A stretch of DNA of 64,000 nt, taken from NCBI GenBank assembly GCA_030390025.1, contig JASTWF010000035.1, positions 2,728,001 through 2,792,000 on the forward strand. Direction: 5' to 3'. The position numbers and the translations under genes are program-made. The number at the start of each line of letters is the position of its first letter. Positions within the stretch are counted from its first letter, which is position 1. Positions 49,225 through 60,200 of the stretch are shown here, piece by piece. Origin of the DNA: Squalus acanthias. Its lineage: Eukaryota. A model generated the notes under the pieces. It worked only from the letters and a program-made list of their open reading frames with translations, was not told where the DNA came from and did no database searches.

Positions 49225-51160
49225 CTACTTTTTGCCCTTCGAGGGTGATCTCCTTCCCTTGCGCACTTCCCCCCTTCCAACCCTACTGCTCCTCCGTAAT
49301 GGGACCTCAGTGGCTGCAGCAAGGCTGGTGGAAGGCTGCTGCTCGTCAGACCCTGACACTGCAGATGCCCCTGAAGGACAGGCCTCGACCACTTCTGGGC
49401 CTGGAGGGCCCGGCTGCAGACTGCACCAACTCTGCATGGGCGGCAGCAGTCTGTCCTACAGGCGGTGGCAAGTGCAGTGGAGAAGTGACAGTGTTGGCAG
49501 CAGGAATGCTGTCATCGTGAGAGAGGACAGCAACTCCCTGCTCGCCCGACACACTGGCACTCCCACGGGGCAGCACTTCAGCATCCGGAGCAATCTGCCG
49601 GAGAACAGATTGCTGGCCTGCTGCGGCGCGGTGACAGCCCCGGGGACATGTGCACGAACCATCGAGGTTGGCAGCAGTCTGTGCTCGCGTGGCCTCCATC
49701 TGAGTCTGTATGAGAGCAGTCAGAGGTGGGATCACGGCAGCCAGTGATTGAATTGCAGCACTAAGCGTTAGTGTGGCATCCGCCTGTGCTACAGCGAAGT
49801 GCTCCACACTCCTTGCCAGTGACTCAATGCATTCGGGCACCCTTCCCACTGCACCCATGAGCTCAGTGTGCATGCCCACCGCCTGGCTGTTCATTTCTGC
49901 AATCAGCCGCTCCTCCTCTGCGTCCATTGCAGTAGGAGTGTCTGGCATACTCTCCCTCTGGGGAGAAGGCCCCCGTTCTTCCCTACCCCCCCCCCCCATG
50001 GCATTGCTGCAGCCCGCTGGGTCCTGGAGCTTCACCATCATCAGCCCCTTCCCCCCTGCTCCCCTCCGGGGAACGCGTGTTCCCAGTGTGGGCATGGGCT
50101 TCCTCGGGAGAGGGTGGCACTGATGCTCCGGCTTCCTCTTCCTCCTCGGCTGCAGCATCACTCCCAGTGGCAGCTTGAGGGCCCGTCTCCTCAGCTGGTG
50201 AATCACCATCTGAAAGCAGGGAGGTACAAGAGTGGCTTTAGCATGAGGACAGGGTGGCAGTAAGGGAGGAATAAGTGCAGCGAGTTAGCAAGTTGGATTG
50301 AAAGTGTCAAAGGCTGGTATTGTGAGGGACAAGTGGAAGGACAGAGGACAAAAAGGTGATGACCTTACCATTGCTGTCCACAACGGGGTCGGCGTCTCCA
50401 GTGGCGACGGGACCGATCACCCGGCTTGCCACAATCCTGTGGACGCGCTCCTCCAGATCGCTGAGGGGTTGCAGCTGAAGCCGCCCTCCACCCGTCCGTT
50501 GCTGCTGTCTCCGATTATGAGCCAGCTTAGCCTGCAAGAAAAAGGACAGCATCTGAGTAAATATACAGCCATGGTCTTGCCTGATGTGCCTCCCATAGGT
50601 GAATAGCCCTTACAATATACAGCCATGGTCTTGCCTGATGTGCCTCCCATAGGTGAATAGCCCTTACAATATACAGCCATGGTCTTGCTTGATGTGCCTC
50701 CCATAGGTGAATAGCCCTTACAATATACAGCCATGGTCTTGCCTGATGTGCCTCCCATAGGTGAATAGCCCTTACTGTATGCAAAGTGTAGAATGTGTGT
50801 GTGTGTTTGATGAAAGGGCCATAGGTGTTGGATGAGTGTTGTGCATTGGGGTTTTAAGACCCTCTGGCCATAGAGTGAGGTTGAGATGGAGGGATGGAGA
50901 GGTATTGAGAAAAAGCCACTCACCCTGACGACCCGAGTGAGGTCGTTGAACTTTTTGCGGCATTGAACATGGGTCCTGGGCACCATGCTCCTGGAGGAGA
51001 CGCTCTGAGCCACCTCCCTCCACACTCTTCTGAACTCGCGTGGCAAAGGCCTCCTGCCACTCTCCGGGAACAGCATGCATCGTCTGCGCTCCACTGCGTC
51101 AACCAGAGCATCCAAGGCCCACTCGGTGAAGCGATGAGCGCGTTCTCTCACCCTCTCCAT
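49225..51160 (-). pseudogene. Harbinger Myb/SANT-like gene, 3 exons (51160-50924, 50531-50369, 50209-49225); exon 3 apparently frameshifted
   Basis: MERVRERAHRFTEWALDALV...WREVAQSV...RTHVQCRKKFNDL; canonical GT-AG sites with matching phases; frame change at the C-run near 49986-49997 and probably near 49380. Confidence 0.85.
50561..50776. repeat. 54-bp tandem repeat, 4 near-identical copies, in intron 1 of the Myb-like gene
   Basis: ATATACAGCCATGGTCTTGCCTGATGTGCCTCCCATAGGTGAATAGCCCTTACA starts at 50561, 50615, 50669 and 50723. Confidence 0.95.
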
Positions 51161-54100
51161 GCTTGGCAGCAAAATGGATTACAGGTCTCTCCAGGCTGAG
51201 ATTCAAGGCTGCAATGAGCAGGGTGTGGCTGGGGAGCAAGTGGCCCCCCCCCGCTTTAAGAAGTGTCCGGCGCCAGTGTGTCTGTGTTCCCTTGCTAACT
51301 GGCAGCAGCTGCGCTGCGCTCGTGCGCTGAGTTAGCGCCTCACTCCTTGGCCTTTGCGCCTTAAGACAGGTGTGCCGCGCCTGCTTTAGCGCTCCACTCA
51401 CCTCCCGGGGCGGTAAAAGTGAAGTTTCCTGTCAGTGCCGATAATTAGCGCCAGGCGCTAATATTTGCGTCCGGACGATATTTGCGCCCCAAGTGGGGCG
51501 CGACCTAATTTCTACCCCATAAGATTCTGAGGGGGATTGACAGGTTGATGCTGAGAGGATGTTTCCCCCTGTGGGGGAATCTAGAACTAGGGGGCAAAGA
51601 TTCAGAATAAGGGGTCACCCATTTAAGACGGAGATGAGGAGGAATTTCTTCTCTCAGTGGGTCGTGAATCTTTGGAATTCTCCACCCCAGAGAGCTGTGG
51701 AGGCTGGGTTATTGAATATATTCAAGGTGGAGATTGACAGACATTTGAACTACAAGGGAGTCAAGGGGTATGGGGAGAGAGCGGGAAAGTGGTGTTGAGG
51801 CCAAGATTGGATTAGCCATGATCTTATTGAATGGCGGAGCAGGCTCGAGGGGCCGATTGGCCGACTCCTGCTCCTATTTCTTATGCTCTTGTGAATGTTA
51901 CCTGCCACTTATCAGCCCAAGCCTGAACGTCATCCAGGTCTTGTCACATGCGGGCATGAACTGCTTCATTGTCTGAGGAGTTGTGAATGGTGCTGAACAC
52001 TATGCAGTCATCAGCGAACATCCCCATTTCTGACCTTATGTTGGAGGGAAGGTCTTTGATGAAGCAGCTGAAGATGGTTGGGCCCAGGACACTGACCTGA
52101 GGAACTCCTGCAGAAATGTCCTAGGGCTGTGATGATTGACCTTCAAACACCACAACCATCTTCCTTTGTGCTAGGTATGACTCCAGCTAGTGGGGAGTTT
52201 TCCCCCCGATTCCCATTGACTTCAGTTTTACTGGGGCTCCTTGATGCCATGCTCGGTTAAATGCTGCCTTGATGTCAAGGGCAATCATTCTCACCTCACC
52301 TCTGGAATTCAGCTCCATTGCCCATGTTTGGACCAAGGCTGTAATGAGGTCGGGAGCTGAGTGGTCTTGGCAGAACCCAAACTGGGCATCAGTGAGCAGG
52401 TTATTGGTGAGTAAGTGCCGCTTGATAGCACTGTCGATGACACCTTCCATCACTTTGCTGATGATTGAGAGTAGACTGATGGGGCGGTTATTGGCCGGAT
52501 TGGATTTGTCCTGCTTTTTGTGGACAGGACATACCTGGGCAGTTTTCCACATTGTCGGATAGATGCCAGTGTTGTAGCTGTACTGGAACAGCTTGGCTAG
52601 AGGCGTGGGGCCCGTAGCCTTTGCGGTATCCAGTGCGCTCAGCCGTTTCTTGATATCATGTGGAGTGAATCGAATTGGCTGAAGACTGGCTTCTGTGATG
52701 GTGGGGACCTAAGGAGTAGGCCGATATGGATCATCCAGTCAGCACTTCTGGCTGAAGATGGTTGCAAACGCTTCAGCCTTGTCTTTTCCGCTCACATGTT
52801 GGACTTCACCATCGTTGAGGATGGGGATATTCATGGAGCCTCCTCCTCCCGTTAGTTGTTTAATGGTCCACCACCATTTACGACTGGATGTGGCAGGACT
52901 GCAGAACTTTGATCTGATCCATTAATTGTGGGATCGCTTAGCCCTGTCTATAGCATGCTGCTTCCGCTTTTTAGCATGCCTGTAGTCTTGTGTTGCAGCT
53001 TCCCCAGATTGGCACCTCATTTTTAGGTATGCCTGGTGCTGCTCCTGACATGCTCTTCTACACTCCTTATTGTACCAGGGTTGGGCCCCTGGCTTGATGG
53101 TAATGGTAGAGTGAGGGATATGTCGGGCCCTGGGGTTACAGATTGTGGTGGAATACAATTCTGCTGCTGCTGATGGCCCACAGTGCCTCATGGATGCCCA
53201 GTTTTGAGCTGCTAGATATGTTCTGAATCTATCCCATTTAGTACGGTGGTGGTGCCACACAACACGATGGAGGGTGTCCTCAATGTGAAGACGGGACTTC
53301 GTCTCCACAATGACTGTGCGGTGGTCACTCCTACCAGTGCTGTCATGGATAGATGCATCTGCGATAGGTAGTTTGGTGAGAACGAGGTCAAGTAGGTTTT
53401 TCCCTCATGTTGATTCTCTCACCACCTGTCGCAGGCCCAGACTGGCAGCTGTGTCCTTCAGGAAGGTATCAAATTGAAAGAAAAGGCATACAATATTGCG
53501 AAGATTAGTGATTGGCCAGAAGATTGGGAAATTTTTAGAAACCAGCAAAGGATGACTAAACAAATAATAGAGGGAGAAATAGATTATGAGAGTAAACTAG
53601 CAAAAAATATAAAAACAGACAGTAAGAGCTTCTACAGGTATATAAAAAGGAAGAAAGTAGCTAAAGTTAACGTCGGTCCCTTAGAGGATGAGACTGGGGA
53701 ATTAATAATGGGAAACAAGGAAATGGCAGAGGCTTTGAACAAATATTTTGTATCTGTCTTCATAGTAGAAGACACTAACAGCATCCTAAAGGGAGGGAGG
53801 AACTTAAAACAATCACTATCACTGGAAAAAATGTACTAGGTAAACTAATGGGACTAAATGCTGAGAAGTCCCTGGACCTGATGGCCTGCATCCTGGGGTC
53901 TTAAAAGAAGTGGCTGCAGAGATAGTGGATGTGTTGGTTGTAATCATTCAAAATTCCCTGGATTCTGGAAAGATCCCAGCGGATTGGAAAATCGCAAATG
54001 TAACGCCACTATTCAAGAAAGGAGGGAGACAGGAAGCAGGAAACTATAGGCCAGTTAGCCTAATATCTGTCATTGGGAAAATGCTGGAATCCATTATTAA

Positions 54101-54276
54101 GGAAGTAATAGCAGGATATTTAGAAAATCATAATACAGTCAAGCAGAGTCAACATGGTTTTATGAAAGGGAAATTGTGTTTGACAAATTTATTAGAGTTC
54201 TTTGATATGTAACGAGCAGGGTAGATAAAGGGGAACCAGTAGATGTAGCGTATTTTGATTTCCAAAAAGCATTCGA

Positions 54277-57200
54277 ATGTCCGGGAGTGAGGCTGGAATG
54301 ACGGCAGTGTCCGGGAGTGACGCCGGAATGACGGCCATGTCTGGGAGTGAGGCTGGAATGACGGCAGTGTCCGGGAGTGAGGCTGGAATGACGGCAGTGT
54401 CCGGGAGTGAGGCTGGAATGACGGCAATGTCCGGGAGTGAGGCTGGAATGACGGCAGTGTCTGGAAGTGAGGCCGGAATGACGGCAGTGTCCGGGAGTGA
54501 GGCTGGAATGACGGCCATGTCTGGGAGTGAGGCTGGAATGACGGCAGTATCTGGGAGTGAGGCCGGAATGACGCCAGTGTCCGGGAGTGAGGCTGGAATG
54601 ACAGCCATGTCTGGGAGTGAGGCTGCAATGACGGCAGTGTCTGGGAGTGAGGCCGGAATGACGGCAGTGTCCGGGAGTGAGGCTGGAATGCCGGCAGTGT
54701 CCGGGAGTGAGACTGGAATGACGGCAGTTTCCGGAAGTGAGGCTGGAATGACGCCAGTGTCCGGGAGTGAGGCCGGAATGACGGCAGTGTCCAGGAGTGA
54801 GGCCGGAATGATGGCAGTGTCCGGGAGTGAGGCTGGAATGACAGCAGTGTCCGGGAGTGAGGCTGGAATGCTGGCAGTGTCCGGGAGTGAGGCTGGAATG
54901 CCGGCACTGTCCGGGAGTGAGGCTGGAATGCCGGCAGTGTCCGGGAGTGAGGCTTGAATGACGGCAGTATCCGGGAGTGAGGCTGGAATGACGGCAGTGT
55001 CCGGGAGTGAAGCTGGAATGACGCCAGTGTCCGGGACTGAAGCTGGAATGACGCCAGTGTCTGGGAGTGAGGCTGGAATGACGCCAGTGTCCGGGAGTGA
55101 GGCTGGAATGACGGCAGTGTCCGGGAGTGAGGCTGGAATGACGGCAATGTCCGGGAGTGAGGCTGGAATGACGGCAGTGTCCAGGAGTGAAGCTGGAATG
55201 ACGTCAGTGTCCAGGAGTGAGGCTGGAATGACGGCCGTGTCTGGGAGTGAGGCTGGAATGACGGCAGTGTCCGGGAGTGAGGCTGGAATGACGGCAGTGT
55301 CCGGGAGTGAGGCTGGAATGACAGCAGTGTCCGGGAGTGAGGCTGGAATGACGGCAGTATCCGGGAGTGAGGCCGGAATGACAGCAGTGTCCGGGAGTGA
55401 GGCTGGAATGCCGGCAGTGTCCGGGAGTGAGGCTGGAATGCCAGCAGTGTACGGGAGTGAGGCTGGAATGCCGGGAGTGAGGCTGGAATGCCGGCAGTGT
55501 CCGGGAGTGAGGCTGGAATGCCAGCATTGTCCGGAAGTGAGGCTAGAATGCCGGCAGTGTTCGGGAGTGAGGCTGGAATGCCGGCAGTGGCCGGGAGTGA
55601 GGCTGGAATGACGGCAATGTCCAGGAGTGAGGCTGGAATGACGGCAGTGTCCGGGAGTGAAGCTGGAAAAACGCCAGTGTTCGGGAGTGAGGCTGGAATG
55701 ACGCCAGTGTCCGGGAGTGAAGCTGGAATGACGCCAGTGTCTGGGAGTGAGGCTGGAATGACGGCAGTGTCCAGGAGTGAAGCTGGAATGACGTCAGTGT
55801 CCAGGAGTGAGGCTGGAATAACGTCAGTGTCCAGGAGTGAGGCTGGAATGACGGCCGTGTCTGGGAGTGAGGCTGGAATGACGACAGTATCCGGGAGTGA
55901 GGCCGGAATGACAGCAGTGTCCGGGAGTGAGGCTGGAATGCCGGCAGTGTCCGGGAGTGAGGCTGGAATGCCAGCAGTGTACGGGAGTGAGGCTGGAATG
56001 CCGGGAGTGAGGCTGGAATGCCGGCAGTGTCCGGGAGTGAGGCTGGAATGCCAGCATTGTCCGGAAGTGAGGCTAGAATGCCGGCAGTGTTCGGGAGTGA
56101 GGCTGGAATGCCGGCAGTGGCCGGGAGTGAGGCTGGAATGACGGCAATGTCCAGGAGTGAGGCTGGAATGACGGCAGTGTCCGGGAGTGAAGCTGGAAAA
56201 ACGCCAGTGTTCGGGAGTGAGGCTGGAATGACGCCAGTGTCCGGGAGTGAAGCTGGAATGACGCCAGTGTCTGGGAGTGAGGCTGGAATGACGTCAGTGT
56301 CCGGGAGTGAAGCTGGAATGACGCCAGTGTCCAGGAGTGAAGCTGGAATGACGCCAGTGTCCAGGAGTGAGGCTGGAATAACGTCAGTATCTGGGAGTGA
56401 AGCTGGAATGACGCCAGTGTCCGGGAGTGACTCCGGAATGATGGCAGTGTCCGGGAGTGAGGCCGGAATGATGGCAGTGTCCGGGAGTGAGGCCGGAATG
56501 ACAGCAGTGTCCGGGAGTAAAGCTGGAATGCTGGCAGTGTCCGGGAGTGAAGCTCGAATGACGCCAGTGTCCGGGAGTGAAGCTGGAATGACGCCAGTGT
56601 CTGGGAGTGAGGCTGGAATGACGGCAGTGTCCGGGAGTGAGGCTGGAATGCCAGCAGTGTACGGGAGTGAGGCTGGAATGCCGGGAGTGAGGCTGGAATG
56701 CCGGCAGTGTCCGGGAGTGAGGCTAGAATGCCGGCAGTGTTCGGGAGTGAGGCTGGAATGCCAGCAGTGGCCGGGAGTGAGGCTGGAATGACGGCAATGT
56801 CCAGGAGTGAGGCTGGAATGACGGCAGTGTCCGGGAGTGAAGCTGGAAAAACGCCAGTGTTCGGGAGTGAGGCTGGAATGACGCCAGTGTCCGGGAGTGA
56901 AGCTGGAATGACGCCAGTGTCTGGGAGTGAGGCTGGAATGACGTCAGTGTCCGGGAGTGAAGCTGGAATGACGCCAGTGTCCAGGAGTGAAGCTGGAATG
57001 ACGCCAGTGTCCAGGAGTGAGGCTGGAATAACGTCAGTATCTGGGAGTGAAGCTGGAATGACGCCAGTGTCCGGGAGTGACTCCGGAATGATGGCAGTGT
57101 CCGGGAGTGAGGCCGGAATGATGGCAGTGTCCGGGAGTGAGGCCGGAATGACAGCAGTGTCCGGGAGTAAAGCTGGAATGCTGGCAGTGTCCGGGAGTGA

Positions 57201-60200
57201 AGCTCGAATGACGCCAGTGTCCGGGAGTGAAGCTGGAATGACGCCAGTGTCTGGGAGTGAGGCTGGAATGACGGCAGTGTCCGGGAGTGAGGCTGGAATG
57301 ACGGCAGTGTCCGGGAGTGAGGCTGGAATGACGGCAATGTCCGGGAGTGAGGCTGGAATGACGGCAGTGTCCAGGAGTGAAGCTGGAATGACGTCAGTGT
57401 CCAGGAGTGAGGCTGGAATGACGGCCGTGTCTGGGAGTGAGGCTGGAATGACGGCAGTGTCCGGGAGTGAGGCTGGAATGACGGCAGTGTCCGGGAGTGA
57501 GGCTGGAATGACAGCAGTGTCCGGGAGTGAGGCTGGAATGACGGCAGTATCCGGGAGTGAGGCCGCAATGACAGCAGTGTCCGGGAGTGAGGCTGGAATG
57601 CCGGCAGTGTCCGGGAGTGAGGCTGGAATGCCAGCAGTGTACGGGAGTGAGGCTGGAATGCCGGGAGTGAGGCTGGAATGCCGGCAGTGTCCGGGAGTGA
57701 GGCTGGAATGCCAGCATTGTCCGGAAGTGAGGCTAGAATGCCGGCAGTGTTCGGGAGTGAGGCTGGAATGCCGGCAGTGGCCGGGAGTGAGGCTGGAATG
57801 ACGGCAATGTCCAGGAGTGAGGCTGGAATGACGGCAGTGTCCGGGAGTGAAGCTGGAAAAACGCCAGTGTTCGGGAGTGAGGCTGGAATGACGCCAGTGT
57901 CCGGGAGTGAAGCTGGAATGACGCCAGTGTCTGGGAGTGAGGCTGGAATGACGGCAGTGTCCAGGAGTGAAGCTGGAATGACGTCAGTGTCCAGGAGTGA
58001 GGCTGGAATAACGTCAGTGTCCAGGAGTGAGGCTGGAATGACGGCCGTGTCTGGGAGTGAGGCTGGAATGACGACAGTATCCGGGAGTGAGGCCGGAATG
58101 ACAGCAGTGTCCGGGAGTGAGGCTGGAATGCCGGCAGTGTCCGGGAGTGAGGCTGGAATGCCAGCAGTGTACGGGAGTGAGGCTGGAATGCCGGGAGTGA
58201 GGCTGGAATGCCGGCAGTGTCCGGGAGTGAGGCTGGAATGCCAGCATTGTCCGGAAGTGAGGCTAGAATGCCGGCAGTGTTCGGGAGTGAGGCTGGAATG
58301 CCGGCAGTGGCCGGGAGTGAGGCTGGAATGACGGCAATGTCCAGGAGTGAGGCTGGAATGACGGCAGTGTCCGGGAGTGAAGCTGGAAAAACGCCAGTGT
58401 TCGGGAGTGAGGCTGGAATGACGCCAGTGTCCGGGAGTGAAGCTGGAATGACGCCAGTGTCTGGGAGTGAGGCTGGAATGACGTCAGTGTCCGGGAGTGA
58501 AGCTGGAATGACGCCAGTGTCCAGGAGTGAAGCTGGAATGACGCCAGTGTCCAGGAGTGAGGCTGGAATAACGTCAGTATCTGGGAGTGAAGCTGGAATG
58601 ACGCCAGTGTCCGGGAGTGACTCCGGAATGATGGCAGTGTCCGGGAGTGAGGCCGGAATGATGGCAGTGTCCGGGAGTGAGGCCGGAATGACAGCAGTGT
58701 CCGGGAGTAAAGCTGGAATGCTGGCAGTGTCCGGGAGTGAAGCTCGAATGACGCCAGTGTCCGGGAGTGAAGCTGGAATGACGCCAGTGTCTGGGAGTGA
58801 GGCTGGAATGACGGCAGTGTCCGGGAGTGAGGCTGGAATGCCAGCAGTGTACGGGAGTGAGGCTGGAATGCCGGGAGTGAGGCTGGAATGCCGGCAGTGT
58901 CCGGGAGTGAGGCTAGAATGCCGGCAGTGTTCGGGAGTGAGGCTGGAATGCCAGCAGTGGCCGGGAGTGAGGCTGGAATGACGGCAATGTCCAGGAGTGA
59001 GGCTGGAATGACGGCAGTGTCCGGGAGTGAAGCTGGAAAAACGCCAGTGTTCGGGAGTGAGGCTGGAATGACGCCAGTGTCCGGGAGTGAAGCTGGAATG
59101 ACGCCAGTGTCTGGGAGTGAGGCTGGAATGACGTCAGTGTCCGGGAGTGAAGCTGGAATGACGCCAGTGTCCAGGAGTGAAGCTGGAATGACGCCAGTGT
59201 CCAGGAGTGAGGCTGGAATAACGTCAGTATCTGGGAGTGAAGCTGGAATGACGCCAGTGTCCGGGAGTGACTCCGGAATGATGGCAGTGTCCGGGAGTGA
59301 GGCCGGAATGATGGCAGTGTCCGGGAGTGAGGCCGGAATGACAGCAGTGTCCGGGAGTAAAGCTGGAATGCTGGCAGTGTCCGGGAGTGAAGCTCGAATG
59401 ACGCCAGTGTCCGGGAGTGAAGCTGGAATGACGCCAGTGTCTGGGAGTGAGGCTGGAATGACGGCAGTGTCCGGGAGTGAGGCTGGAATGCCAGCAGTGT
59501 ACGGGAGTGAGGCTGGAATGCCGGGAGTGAGGCTGGAATGCCGGCAGTGTCCGGGAGTGAGGCTAGAATGCCGGCAGTGTTCGGGAGTGAGGCTGGAATG
59601 CCGGCAGTGGCCGGGAGTGAGGCTGGAATGACGGCAATGTCCAGGAGTGAGGCTGGAATGACATCAGTGTCCGGGAGTCATGCTGGAAAAACGCCAGTGT
59701 TCGGGAGTGAGGCTGGAATGACGCCAGTCTCCGGGAGTGAAGCTGGAATGACGCCAGTGTCTGGGAGTGAGGCTGGAATGCCAGCAGTGTCCGGAAGTGA
59801 GGCTAGAATGCCGGCAGTGTTCGGGAGTGAGGCTGGAATGCCAGCAGTGTCCGGGAGTGAGGCTGGAATGACGGCAATGTCCGGGAGTGAGGCTGGAATG
59901 ACGGCAGTGTCCGGGAGTGAAGCTGGAATGACGCCAGTGTTCGGGAGTGAGGCTGGAATGACGCCAGTGTCCTGGAGTGAAGCTGGAATGACGCCAGTGT
60001 CTGGGAGTGAGGCTGGAATGACGTCAGTGTCCGGGAGTGAAGCTGGAATGACGCCAGAGTGCAGGAGTGAAGCTGGAATGACGCCAGTGTCCAGGAGTGA
60101 GGCTGGAATAACGTCAGTATCTGGGAGTGAAGCTGGAATGACGCCAGTGTCCGGGATGAGGCTGGAATGATGGCCGTGTCTGGGAGTGAGGCTGGAATGA

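Larger units (their letters stand above)
47267..51518 (+). mobile_element. PIF/Harbinger DNA transposon, full length (family B)
   Basis: TIRs GGGGAAAAAATT / AATTTCTACCCC, TSD ATA (47264-47266, 51519-51521); removing it restores GAAACATATAAGATTCTG of the host CR1. Confidence 0.95.
46108..51890 (+). mobile_element. 5'-truncated CR1 LINE interrupted by a Harbinger transposon
   Basis: RT ORFs 46270-46899 and 46957-47266 (...GDLIETY) resume at 51519 (KILRG) and end in a CR1 tail. Confidence 0.93.
45341..53460 (-). mobile_element. Third copy of the tRNA-headed APE+RT retroelement family (pieces about 45341-46105 and 51891-53460), 5'-truncated
   Basis: Tail at 45341-45420; ORFs 45533-45952, 52187-52552 and 52922-53308 match the other two copies. 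Confidence 0.9.
40980..54276 (+). mobile_element. CR1 LINE (end of ORF1 through RT) split into pieces about 40980-42206, 45012-45340 and 53461-54276 by nested insertions
   Basis: DGLHLN (ORF1 end), KLKALYLNA, LGKSDHN, PWLTKE, YRPVSL and QHGFMKG occur in collinear order; TAAT is duplicated around the first insert. Confidence 0.85.
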
